From IMG/VR virus record IMGVR_UViG_2802429226_000008, positions 1 to 41,124 of that record: a DNA stretch of 41,124 bases; one strand, written 5' to 3'. Position 1 is the first letter of the stretch, and the number at the start of each line of letters is the position of its first letter. The notes under the pieces are model-generated. The model had not been told where the DNA came from. It searched no databases and was given only the letters and a program-made list of their open reading frames with translations. The position numbers and the translations under genes are program-made. Origin of the DNA: a virus. Its lineage: Duplodnaviria; Heunggongvirae; Uroviricota; Caudoviricetes. Shown one piece after another: positions 17,096 to 26,196 of the stretch.

Positions 17096-17630
17096 GCTGG
17101 TTATCGCTGCATTCTTCATTTCTATCTTTGGTGGACTCGTCTGGTCAGCAAACCATTACTACAGTAAATATCAGATAGAAAAGTTACGTGCGGATAAAGC
17201 CGTAGGTGAAGCAGAATATCAAGGGAAAGTGATAGCTGAACAGGCATTCAACTTTAGCCGCTTTAATCAGGTAGCAGAATATACTGGAAGTCTGAACTCA
17301 TTACTTAGTGACAGTGGTGAAAAAACGGTTATTAAATACAGGGAGATTCTCCATCGTGAAAAAAATTGCGATTTTCCTGTTCCTGCTGATATCGCTAACG
17401 GGGTGCTCGAATATGCGAACAGTTTACGTTCCGGCGCCATACATTCCGATCCCGGGCACCCTTACTCAGCCGATAATGACTCCTTTACCACCGGCGCGTT
17501 GACATACTGCCAGGCCGTGCTGTGGATTGAACCTCTACTGACAGCTATTGACAGGGCGAATAATCAGCTCGCAGGAATACGCCAGATAGAACGGGAACGG
17601 CAACAGTATCACAGAAGCCCCTCTCCCTGA
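17079..17630 (+). CDS. Rz-like i-spanin
   Basis: 183 aa; N-terminal TM segment; follows endolysin; contains embedded Rz1 frame. Confidence 0.78.
   Translation: MKLSYKLVIAAFFISIFGGLVWSANHYYSKYQIEKLRADKAVGEAEYQGKVIAEQAFNFSRFNQVAEYTGSLNSLLSDSGEKTVIKYREILHREKNCDFPVPADIANGVLEYANSLRSGAIHSDPGHPYSADNDSFTTGALTYCQAVLWIEPLLTAIDRANNQLAGIRQIERERQQYHRSPSP
17308..17502 (+). CDS. Rz1-like o-spanin lipoprotein embedded in Rz (+1 frame); true start probably downstream of 17308
   Basis: lipobox LTGC after hydrophobic signal; Pro-rich mature part; nested gene arrangement. Confidence 0.65.
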   Translation: MTVVKKRLLNTGRFSIVKKIAIFLFLLISLTGCSNMRTVYVPAPYIPIPGTLTQPIMTPLPPAR

Positions 17631-17721
17631 GGGGCTGTGAAAATAACCTTGAAAACTGCAATATAATCCCCATTAACTTTTCGTGACCTGCTATATCGGC
17701 AGGGTAAGAAAGGGAATTATT

Positions 17722-17919
17722 ATGTTAGAGAACTATTTTAAAAATGGTATGGCTAGTACAGATGAAAAAACACAGCGTTTACTTGCAGTTCAGGCTGCAC
17801 TTGAGATAGCTAAGGCATCAGCAAGCTCAGGTAATGGAGTAATGCATAGCGATTTAGATCAGGCAACTGAGCGCATTGGAAAGCTGGCCGATGCAATTCA
17901 GCTCGCTTTAAAAGGATAA
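17722..17919 (+). CDS. small hypothetical protein (65 aa), standalone unit
   Basis: ATG at 17722; TATAAT at 17662..17667 upstream; strong terminator downstream. Confidence 0.5.
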   Translation: MLENYFKNGMASTDEKTQRLLAVQAALEIAKASASSGNGVMHSDLDQATERIGKLADAIQLALKG

Positions 17920-17937
17920 AATGCGAACCGTACTTTA

Positions 17938-17961
17938 AACCGCCTTCGGGCGGTTTTTTTA
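17938..17961 (+). terminator. rho-independent terminator
   Basis: CCGCCTTCGGGCGG hairpin followed by a 7-T run. Confidence 0.85.
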
Positions 17962-18011
17962 TTACGATCTCTGTGGTCTGCCTCATAGTAATAAATTAAG
18001 GGGAAAGATTA

Positions 18012-18362
18012 ATGCCCCCGCGAATCCCAAAGGCCTGCCGTATTCGCGGCTGCAGCTCTACAACCACTGACCCGTCAGGCTATTGCGAAAGCCACAAAAG
18101 CGAAGGCTGGAAGCAATACAAGCCAGGTCAGTCCCGTCATCAGCGCGGCTATGGTTCGAAGTGGGATGTTATCCGCGCGCGTGTCCTGAAGCGTGACAAA
18201 GGCCTGTGTCAGTTATGTCTGCGTGCTGGTGTGGTGCGCGAGGCGAAAACCGTTGACCACATCATCCCTAAAGCGCATGGCGGCACTGATGCCGACAGTA
18301 ATCTGCAGAGTCTGTGCTGGCCCTGCCATAAGGCGAAGACGGCCCGTGAACGGTTAAAGTGA
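18012..18362 (+). CDS. HNH endonuclease (terminase-associated)
   Basis: 116 aa; Cys-rich N-terminus; DHIIPKAHGG...NLQSLCWPCH HNH motif. Confidence 0.85.
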   Translation: MPPRIPKACRIRGCSSTTTDPSGYCESHKSEGWKQYKPGQSRHQRGYGSKWDVIRARVLKRDKGLCQLCLRAGVVREAKTVDHIIPKAHGGTDADSNLQSLCWPCHKAKTARERLK

Positions 18363-18488
18363 TAATAATTCTCAACTGTCTGTGAGGGAGGGGCGGGTCA
18401 AATCCCTGTGACCTGACGTCTTCCGGACTGCCCGCCCCATCGTTTTTTTATACCCGCGAAAAATGAAATTTAACCAGGAGTGCCGCAT

Positions 18489-18983
18489 ATGGCTGGAACG
18501 GCGGGGCGTTCCGGGCGTCGCCCCAAGCCAACGGCGCGCAAGGCGCTGGCCGGAAACCCCGGCAAGCGAGCCCTGAACAAAGATGAACCTGTTTTTACGC
18601 CCATCAAAGGCGTTGAGCCACCGGAGTGGTTCGCAGAAGAAAATCTCCCTCTCGCCACGATCATGTGGCAACTGACAACCAAAGAACTCTGCGGTCAGGG
18701 TCTGCTGTGCGTGACTGACCTCGCGGTGCTTGAGCGGTGGTGCGTAGCCTATGAGTTCTGGCGACGTGCCGTGAAAAATATTGCCAGCCAGGGCAACACC
18801 ATCACCGGTGCAATGGGCGGTATGGTCAAAAATCCGGAGCTGACCGCCAAGAAAGAACAGGAGTCCGAGATGAGCAGCACGGGGGCAATGCTCGGACTCG
18901 ACCCCAGCAGCCGCCAGCGTCTGATTGGCCTGGCGGGGCAGAAGAAAGCCACTAACCCGTTTCTGAAAATTATCGAATCATGA
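18489..18983 (+). CDS. terminase small subunit (P27 family-like)
   Basis: ATG at 18489 with AGGAG SD; Gly/Arg/Pro-rich N-terminus; TGA/ATG overlap with TerL. Confidence 0.8.
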   Translation: MAGTAGRSGRRPKPTARKALAGNPGKRALNKDEPVFTPIKGVEPPEWFAEENLPLATIMWQLTTKELCGQGLLCVTDLAVLERWCVAYEFWRRAVKNIASQGNTITGAMGGMVKNPELTAKKEQESEMSSTGAMLGLDPSSRQRLIGLAGQKKATNPFLKIIES

Positions 18984-20713
18984 GCCGGAAATCTTACCCC
19001 AACGTAAATGCTGCCAATCAGTATGCCCGTGATGTCGTGCGCGGAAAGATTGTGGCCTGCCAGTTTGTGATTCAGGCCTGCCAGCGCCATCTTGATGACC
19101 TGATGGCGGAAAAAAGTAAGTCGTTTCGTTACCGCTTCGACAAGGACCTGGCTGAACGGGCCGCGAAATTTATTCAGCTGTTGCCACACACCAAGGGGGA
19201 GTGGGCATTCAAGAGGATGCCCATCACGCTGGAACCGTGGCAGCTCTTTGTGATCTGCTGTGCGTTTGGCTGGGTCAATAAAGGCTCCCGGCTGCGCCGC
19301 TTCAGGGAGGTGTATACCGAAATCCCCCGTAAGAACGGCAAATCGGCAATCTCTGCCGGTGTTGCCCTGTATTGTTTTGCCTGTGATAACGAGTTTGGCG
19401 CGGAAGTGTATTCCGGTGCCACGACAGAGAAACAGGCGTGGGAAGTCTTTCGCCCGGCGCGACTGATGTGTAAACGCACACCCATGCTGACGGAAGCGTT
19501 CGGGATTGAGGTTAACGCCTCAAACATGAACCGTCCGGAGGATGGCGCGCGGTTTGAACCGCTGATCGGTAACCCCGGTGATGGTTCATCACCCCACTGT
19601 GCCGTGGTGGATGAATATCACGAGCACGCCACCGATGCGCTTTATACCACGATGCTTACCGGGATGGGCGCGCGACGTCAGCCACTGATGTGGGCCATCA
19701 CCACCGCCGGGTACAACATTGAGGGGCCGTGCTACGACAAGCGGCGGGAAGTTATCGAGATGCTCAACGGTTCGGTACCCAACGATGAACTGTTCGGGAT
19801 CATCTATACCGTTGACGAAGGCGATGACTGGACCGACCCGCAGGTGCTGGAAAAAGCTAACCCGAATATTGGCGTGTCGGTTTATCGCGAATTTTTGTTA
19901 AGTCAGCAGCAGCGTGCGAAAAATAACGCCCGTCTGGCAAACGTCTTTAAAACAAAACACCTCAATATCTGGGTGTCGGCGCGTTCGGCGTATTTCAACC
20001 TGGTGAGCTGGCAGAGCTGCGAGGATAAATCACTGACCCTTGAGCAGTTCGAGGGGCAACCGTGCATTCTGGCCTTTGACCTGGCGCGTAAGCTGGATAT
20101 GAACAGCATGGCGCGACTTTATACCCGCGAGATTGACGGTAAAACGCATTACTACAGTGTGGCTCCGCGCTTCTGGGTACCGTATGACACGGTGTACAGC
20201 GTCGAGAAAAATGAAGATCGCCGGACAGCCGAACGCTTTCAGAAATGGGTGGAAATGGGCGTTCTGACCGTTACCGATGGTGCGGAGGTGGATTATCGCT
20301 ACATCCTCGAGGAGGCCAAAGCGGCGAACAAAATCAGCCCGGTCAGTGAGTCACCCATCGACCCCTTCGGGGCGACCGGGTTGTCACATGACCTTGCTGA
20401 TGAAGACCTGAATCCCGTCACTATCATTCAGAACTACACCAACATGTCCGACCCGATGAAAGAGCTGGAAGCGGCAATTGAATCGGGGCGCTTTCATCAT
20501 GATGGCAATCCCATCATGACCTGGTGTATCGGCAATGTGGTCGGCAAAACCATTCCGGGTAACGATGATGTGGTGAAACCCGTCAAAGAGCAGGCGGAAA
20601 ACAAAATTGACGGTGCAGTTGCGCTGATTATGGCGGTTGGCAGAGCCATGCTGTACGAGAAAGAAGACACGCTGTCTGACCACATTGAGTCCTATGGGAT
20701 CCGCTCGCTTTAA
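18980..20713 (+). CDS. terminase large subunit
   Basis: 577 aa; position and size; ATPase/nuclease two-domain length. Confidence 0.88.
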   Translation: MSRKSYPNVNAANQYARDVVRGKIVACQFVIQACQRHLDDLMAEKSKSFRYRFDKDLAERAAKFIQLLPHTKGEWAFKRMPITLEPWQLFVICCAFGWVNKGSRLRRFREVYTEIPRKNGKSAISAGVALYCFACDNEFGAEVYSGATTEKQAWEVFRPARLMCKRTPMLTEAFGIEVNASNMNRPEDGARFEPLIGNPGDGSSPHCAVVDEYHEHATDALYTTMLTGMGARRQPLMWAITTAGYNIEGPCYDKRREVIEMLNGSVPNDELFGIIYTVDEGDDWTDPQVLEKANPNIGVSVYREFLLSQQQRAKNNARLANVFKTKHLNIWVSARSAYFNLVSWQSCEDKSLTLEQFEGQPCILAFDLARKLDMNSMARLYTREIDGKTHYYSVAPRFWVPYDTVYSVEKNEDRRTAERFQKWVEMGVLTVTDGAEVDYRYILEEAKAANKISPVSESPIDPFGATGLSHDLADEDLNPVTIIQNYTNMSDPMKELEAAIESGRFHHDGNPIMTWCIGNVVGKTIPGNDDVVKPVKEQAENKIDGAVALIMAVGRAMLYEKEDTLSDHIESYGIRSL

Positions 20714-20724
20714 CTGAGGTAATT

Positions 20725-20907
20725 ATGATCATGCTGATTCTCGCGCCTCTGGTGGGCGTGCTGGGGGCGCTTTTGCTGGCGTATGGTGCCTGGCTGATTT
20801 ATCCCCCGGCGGGGTTTGTTGTTGCCGGGGCGTTGTGCCTGTTCTGGTCGTGGCTGGTAGCGCGATATCTCGACCGTACACAGCTGTCTGTTGGTGGAGG
20901 TAAATAG
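20725..20907 (+). CDS. small membrane protein (60 aa)
   Basis: two hydrophobic helices; between TerL and portal. Confidence 0.45.
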   Translation: MIMLILAPLVGVLGALLLAYGAWLIYPPAGFVVAGALCLFWSWLVARYLDRTQLSVGGGK

Positions 20908-22148
20908 TGTTCTTTTCGGGATTATTTCAACGAAAAAGTGACGCACCGGTGACCACGCCAGCAGAGCTGGCGGATGCCATCGGGTTGTCCTACGACACCT
21001 ATACCGGAAAGCAGATCAGCAGTCAGCGGGCCATGCGACTGACGGCGGTTTTTTCCTGCGTCAGAGTGCTGGCAGAGTCGGTCGGGATGTTGCCCTGCAA
21101 TCTGTATCACCTGAACGGCAGCCTGAAGCAGAGAGCCACCGGCGAACGTCTGCATAAACTGATCTCCACGCATCCCAATGGCTATATGACGCCGCAGGAG
21201 TTCTGGGAGCTGGTGGTCACCTGTCTGTGCCTGCGGGGAAACTTTTACGCCTACAAAGTGAAAGCATTTGGCGAAGTGGCTGAACTGCTGCCCGTCGATC
21301 CCGGCTGTGTGGTACCGAAGCTTAACAGTAGCTGGGAGCCGATCTATCAGGTCACATTCCCGGATGGCTCTACGGATGTACTGAGCCAGGAGGATTTCTG
21401 GCATGTGCGCACGCTGACGCTGGACGGACTGGTGGGGCTGAATCCCATCGCCTATGCCCGCGAGGCAATATCGCTGGCAGCTGCGACCGAAGAGCACGGG
21501 GCCAGACTGTTCAGCAATGGCGCGGTGACGTCGGGTGTGTTGCGTACAGAGCAGACGCTGTCAGATCAGGCTTATGAGCGCCTGAAGAAAGATTTTGAGG
21601 AGCGTCACACCGGGCTTGGCAATGCTCACCGCCCGATGATCCTTGAGATGGGGCTGGACTGGAAGTCGATGGCGCTGAACGCCGAGGACAGCCAGTTCCT
21701 GGAAACCCGCAAGTTTCAGCTTGAAGAAATCTGTCGTCTGTTCCGGGTGCCGTTGCACATGGTGCAGAACACCGATCGCGCCACCTTCAACAATATCGAA
21801 GAGCTGGGGCTGGGATTTATCAACTATTCACTGGTGCCGTATCTGACCCGCATCGAACAGCGGATCAACACCGGACTGGTACGAAAAAGTAAGCAGGGCG
21901 TTTATTACGCCAAATTTAACGCCGGGGCGTTACTGCGCGGGGATATGAAGTCCCGTTTTGAAGCCTACGCCACCGGGATCAACTGGGGAATTTACTCTCC
22001 CAATGACTGCCGCGACCTGGAAGATATGAATCCGCGTCCCGGTGGTGATGTCTATCTCACACCGATGAACATGACCACGAAACCCTCCGATGGCAGTAAA
22101 GCCGGTAAGCAGAAGGATAACGCCAATGCAGACGAAACAACGTCTTGA
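20907..22148 (+). CDS. portal protein (HK97 family)
   Basis: 413 aa; GTG start with GGAGG SD; follows terminase. Confidence 0.88.
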   Translation: MFFSGLFQRKSDAPVTTPAELADAIGLSYDTYTGKQISSQRAMRLTAVFSCVRVLAESVGMLPCNLYHLNGSLKQRATGERLHKLISTHPNGYMTPQEFWELVVTCLCLRGNFYAYKVKAFGEVAELLPVDPGCVVPKLNSSWEPIYQVTFPDGSTDVLSQEDFWHVRTLTLDGLVGLNPIAYAREAISLAAATEEHGARLFSNGAVTSGVLRTEQTLSDQAYERLKKDFEERHTGLGNAHRPMILEMGLDWKSMALNAEDSQFLETRKFQLEEICRLFRVPLHMVQNTDRATFNNIEELGLGFINYSLVPYLTRIEQRINTGLVRKSKQGVYYAKFNAGALLRGDMKSRFEAYATGINWGIYSPNDCRDLEDMNPRPGGDVYLTPMNMTTKPSDGSKAGKQKDNANADETTS

Positions 22149-22776
22149 TGTACCGCTGAGTCTGAAATCTGTCAGTGACTCCGGTGAGTTTGAAGGGTAT
22201 GGCTCCGTCTTTGGTGTAAAGGACAGCCACGATGATGTGGTGATGTCCGGGGCATTTGCTGCTTCCCTGCGGGCGTGGAGTGACAGAAAAGCGTTACCTG
22301 CGCTGCTCTGGCAGCACCGCATGGATGAGCCCATCGGTGTTTACACCGAAATGAAGGAAGACGATGTCGGGCTTTACGTCAGGGGGCGGTTGCTCATTGA
22401 TGATGATCCCCTGGCAAAACGCGCACATGCACACATGAAGGCCGGTTCGTTAACCGGCCTTTCTATTGGGTACGTCCTGAAGGACTGGGAATACGACCGG
22501 ACGAAAGAAGCCTTTCTGCTGAAAGAAATCGACCTCTGGGAAGTCAGTCTGGTGACGTTCCCGTCTAACGACGAGGCGCGGATCAGCGACGTCAAGAACG
22601 CGCTGGCCCGCGGGAAAATCCCCGAACAGAAAAAAATCGAAAGAGTCCTGCGTGATGTCGGACTCTCCCGTACCCAGGCCAAAGCATTCATGGCCGGGGG
22701 CTATGGCGCACTGTCCCTGCGCGACGCTGAGGATGTGGGTTCTGCACTGAATGCACTGAAAAATCTGAACTTCTAA
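22126..22776 (+). CDS. prohead protease (HK97 family)
   Basis: ATG at 22126 with AGAAGGA SD; follows portal. Confidence 0.82.
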   Translation: MQTKQRLDVPLSLKSVSDSGEFEGYGSVFGVKDSHDDVVMSGAFAASLRAWSDRKALPALLWQHRMDEPIGVYTEMKEDDVGLYVRGRLLIDDDPLAKRAHAHMKAGSLTGLSIGYVLKDWEYDRTKEAFLLKEIDLWEVSLVTFPSNDEARISDVKNALARGKIPEQKKIERVLRDVGLSRTQAKAFMAGGYGALSLRDAEDVGSALNALKNLNF

Positions 22777-22790
22777 TCAGGAGAAATACG

Positions 22791-23996
22791 ATGGCGGTTG
22801 ATATTAAAGATGTCGAACAGGTCGCGCAGGAGCTGCAGCAGAAGTTTGACGACTTCAAAGCAAAGAACGACAAGCGCGTGGATGCGATTGAGCAGGAAAA
22901 AGGCAAACTTGCCGGGCAGGTGGAAACCCTGAACGGGAAACTCAGCGAGCTGGAAAATCTCAAAAGCGATCTTGAAAAAGAGCTGCTTGAGCTGAAACGT
23001 CCGGCAGGTGGCGCGCAAAATAAACTGGCCACCGAGCATAAAGAAGCGTTTGTGGGCTTTTTGCGTAAAGGTCGTGAAGATGGTCTGCGCGATCTGGAGC
23101 GTAAGGCATTGCAGGTGGGCACCGATGAAGACGGTGGCTATGCCGTGCCGGAAGCACTGGATCGCAACATTCTCACCCTGCTGAAAGATGAAGTGGTGAT
23201 GCGCCAGGAAGCCACGGTAATCACTGTTGGCGGTTCCGACTACAAAAAACTGGTGAATCTGGGCGGCACGGCTTCCGGATGGGTTGGCGAGACTGATGCA
23301 CGCTCCCAGACCGCCACCTCAAAACTGGGACTGATTGAACCTTTCATGGGGGAAATCTACGGCAACCCGCAGGCTACCCAGAAAATGCTGGACGATGCCT
23401 TCTTCAACGTGGAGGCCTGGATCAACAGCGAGCTGGCAACCGAATTTGCCGAACAGGAAGAAATTGCCTTTACCTCAGGCGATGGCACCAAGAAGCCGAA
23501 AGGGTTCCTGGCGTATGAATCCACTGATGAAACCGATAAGGTCCGGGCGTTCGGCAAACTTCAGCATATTGTATCCGGCGAAGCGACTGCGGTGACCGCA
23601 GACGCCATTATCAAACTGATTTACACGCTGCGTAAGGCACACCGCACTGGCGCGAAGTTCATGATGAACAACAACAGCCTGTTTGCCATCCGTCTGCTGA
23701 AAGACAGCGAGGGTAACTATCTGTGGCGTCCGGGGCTGGAGCTGGGGCAGCCGTCCTCTCTGGCGGGTTACGGTATCGCTGAAAACGAACAGATGCCGGA
23801 TATCGCAGCTGATGCGAAAGCCATTGCATTTGGTAACTTCAAACGGGGTTACACCATCGTTGACCGTATCGGCACCCGCATTCTGCGTGACCCGTACACC
23901 AATAAACCGTTTGTCGGTTTTTATACCACCAAGCGCACCGGCGGGATGCTGGTCGATTCGCAGGCCATCAAACTGCTGAAGATTGCAGAGGCGTAA
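22791..23996 (+). CDS. major capsid protein (HK97 fold) with N-terminal scaffold-like coiled coil
   Basis: 401 aa; coiled-coil-like N-terminal ~100 aa then capsid domain; strong SD. Confidence 0.88.
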   Translation: MAVDIKDVEQVAQELQQKFDDFKAKNDKRVDAIEQEKGKLAGQVETLNGKLSELENLKSDLEKELLELKRPAGGAQNKLATEHKEAFVGFLRKGREDGLRDLERKALQVGTDEDGGYAVPEALDRNILTLLKDEVVMRQEATVITVGGSDYKKLVNLGGTASGWVGETDARSQTATSKLGLIEPFMGEIYGNPQATQKMLDDAFFNVEAWINSELATEFAEQEEIAFTSGDGTKKPKGFLAYESTDETDKVRAFGKLQHIVSGEATAVTADAIIKLIYTLRKAHRTGAKFMMNNNSLFAIRLLKDSEGNYLWRPGLELGQPSSLAGYGIAENEQMPDIAADAKAIAFGNFKRGYTIVDRIGTRILRDPYTNKPFVGFYTTKRTGGMLVDSQAIKLLKIAEA

Positions 23997-24045
23997 TCAT
24001 TCATGGGCGCGGAACCGCGCCCCCTGTTCTGACGGGTGAAGAATC

Positions 24046-24246
24046 ATGATCCTGAAACAAGATCTGAAATGGTCACCGGACGGTATGCGTGTTGAGGTCA
24101 TTCGGGCCGGTGAGTATGACGACGGGGCGCTTCCTGCCCGTGTGCAGGAGATTGCACTTCAGGCCGGGTTAGCAGAGCGCGGAATCAGTGCAAAAAGCAG
24201 TAAAGCGGCAAAAGAGAAAAAAGCCACGACCAGTAAAGAGGGCTGA
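24046..24246 (+). CDS. hypothetical small head-module protein
   Basis: 66-aa ORF between capsid and connector. Confidence 0.4.
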   Translation: MILKQDLKWSPDGMRVEVIRAGEYDDGALPARVQEIALQAGLAERGISAKSSKAAKEKKATTSKEG

Positions 24247-24248
24247 GC

Positions 24249-24572
24249 ATGCTTCTGACAATGGAAGAGATTAAAGCCCAACTCCGGCTGGATGAGGATT
24301 TCGATACTGATGACCGCCATCTGCAACTGCTGGCCTGTGCGGCACAAAAGCGGACGGAAACGTATCTGAACCGGACGCTCTATGCACCGGATGAAACCAT
24401 TCCGGACAACGATCCGGACGGTCTGCACCTGCCGGATGATATTCGTCTGGGGATGCTGATGCTTATCAGCCATTTTTACGAAAACCGCTCGTCGGTTACG
24501 GAAGTGGAGAAACTCGACATGCCGCAGAGTTTTGGCTGGCTTGTTGGCCCGTACAGGTACTTTCCGCAATGA
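24249..24572 (+). CDS. head-tail connector (gp6-like)
   Basis: 107 aa; position and size. Confidence 0.7.
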   Translation: MLLTMEEIKAQLRLDEDFDTDDRHLQLLACAAQKRTETYLNRTLYAPDETIPDNDPDGLHLPDDIRLGMLMLISHFYENRSSVTEVEKLDMPQSFGWLVGPYRYFPQ

Positions 24573-24979
24573 AAATTCGTCAGGCGCAGACCAGCGCAAC
24601 CTACATTCTGCCGGACCCCGGCGAACTGAATAAACGCGTCCTGATTCGCCAGCGGGTGGATATGCCCGCGGATAACTTTGGCGTGGAGCCTCAATACCCG
24701 GTTACGTTCCGGACATGGGCGAAGGTTATCCAGACCAGTGCCACCACCTGGCAGGAAACCGCGCAGACCGGGGACGCCATCACCCATTACATCACCATTC
24801 GTTACCGCCGGGGGATCACCGCTGATTATGAGGTGGTCTGCGGTGACAGTGTGTACCGGGTGAAACGTCAGCGCGATCTGAACGGGGCGCGGCGCTTTCT
24901 GCTGCTGGAGTGTACGGAGCTGGGCGAATGTAGGCAGAGTCACGGAGGCAACAATGACGACTTCCTTTTTGCACGTTGA
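24569..24979 (+). CDS. head closure / head-tail adaptor protein
   Basis: 136 aa; ATGA coupling. Confidence 0.65.
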   Translation: MKIRQAQTSATYILPDPGELNKRVLIRQRVDMPADNFGVEPQYPVTFRTWAKVIQTSATTWQETAQTGDAITHYITIRYRRGITADYEVVCGDSVYRVKRQRDLNGARRFLLLECTELGECRQSHGGNNDDFLFAR

Positions 24980-25460
24980 TTTTCAGCAGCCCGCGGAGAT
25001 GCGCTTTAACCGCGCCCGTGTCCGGCGGGCGTTTGTCACGATTGGTCAGCGTCATATGCGTGATGCCCGTCGGCTGGTGATGCGCCGTGCGCGGTCGGCA
25101 GCGGGTGAAAACCCCGGTTATCAGACCGGACGCCTGGCTCGTTCGATTGGTTACATGGTACCCAGAGCCAGTAAACATCGCCCTGGTTTTATGGCACGTA
25201 TAGCCCCTAACCAGCGTAATGGAGAGGGAAACCGCCGTATCACCGGTGATTTTTATCCGGCTTTTTTGTTCTATGGCGTGAGGCGAGGGGCAAAGCGTCG
25301 TCGCAGCCATCATCGTGGTGCATCCGGTGGCAGAGGCTGGCGACTGGCTCCACGTAATAACTTCATGGTGGAAACGCTTGAAAAGAACCACAGCTGGACA
25401 CGCTATTTTCTGGCGCGGGAATTGCGTAAATCACTGAAGCCGGAGCGACGACACAGATGA
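24954..25460 (+). CDS. HK97 gp10-like tail-attachment protein
   Basis: 168 aa, basic. Confidence 0.6.
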   Translation: MTTSFLHVDFQQPAEMRFNRARVRRAFVTIGQRHMRDARRLVMRRARSAAGENPGYQTGRLARSIGYMVPRASKHRPGFMARIAPNQRNGEGNRRITGDFYPAFLFYGVRRGAKRRRSHHRGASGGRGWRLAPRNNFMVETLEKNHSWTRYFLARELRKSLKPERRHR

Positions 25461-26017
25461 AACTGACTCCTGTTATTGCTGCGCTGCGTGCCCGCTGTCC
25501 GTATTTTGAAAACCGGGTGGCAGGCGCGGCCCAGTTCAAAAATCTGCCGGAGGTCGGAAAGCTGAAGCTCCCGGCGGCATATGTGGTACCGGGTGATGAC
25601 TCTCCGGGAGAAAACAAAAGCCAGACCGACTACTGGCAGGAGCTGAAAGAGGGCTTCTCCGTGGTTGTCATACTGAGTAACGGGCGTGATGAGCGCGGTC
25701 AGTTTGCCTCGTATGATGTGGTGGACGATGTCCGGCAGATGCTCTTTAAGGCTCTGCTGGGCTGGAACCCGGAAGCGTGCGGTAACCCGATTACCTATGA
25801 CGGCGGCACGCTGCTGGATCTGAATCGTCATGAGCTGATTTATCAGTTCGATTTTTCGGTCATCAGCGAGCTGACCGAAGAAGATACCCGCCAGCAGGAT
25901 GACCTGAACAGTCTGGATGAACTGCGAACGCTGGCGATTGATGTTGATTATCTCGATCCCGGTAACGGGCCTGACGGCGATATCGAACATCACACCGAAA
26001 TACCCCTTCCTTCCTGA
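25457..26017 (+). CDS. putative neck / tail completion protein
   Basis: 186 aa; ATGA coupling; position before sheath. Confidence 0.5.
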   Translation: MKLTPVIAALRARCPYFENRVAGAAQFKNLPEVGKLKLPAAYVVPGDDSPGENKSQTDYWQELKEGFSVVVILSNGRDERGQFASYDVVDDVRQMLFKALLGWNPEACGNPITYDGGTLLDLNRHELIYQFDFSVISELTEEDTRQQDDLNSLDELRTLAIDVDYLDPGNGPDGDIEHHTEIPLPS

Positions 26018-26025
26018 GGATCATC

Positions 26026-26196
26026 ATGTTTGTGAAACCTGTTAAAGGGGGGTCAGTGCCTGACCCTGCCCGCGGCGACCTTTTGCCCGCCGAAGGGCGA
26101 AATGTTGATGAGAACAACTACTGGCTGCGCCGTGAAGCAGCGGGTGATATCCGGCGCGTGAATAAAAAGGTGAACACCGATGACGATAAGCTTTAA
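26026..26196 (+). CDS. small protein (56 aa) preceding tail sheath, not in ORF track
   Basis: ATG at 26026 with GAGGA SD; overlaps sheath start. Confidence 0.4.
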   Translation: MFVKPVKGGSVPDPARGDLLPAEGRNVDENNYWLRREAAGDIRRVNKKVNTDDDKL

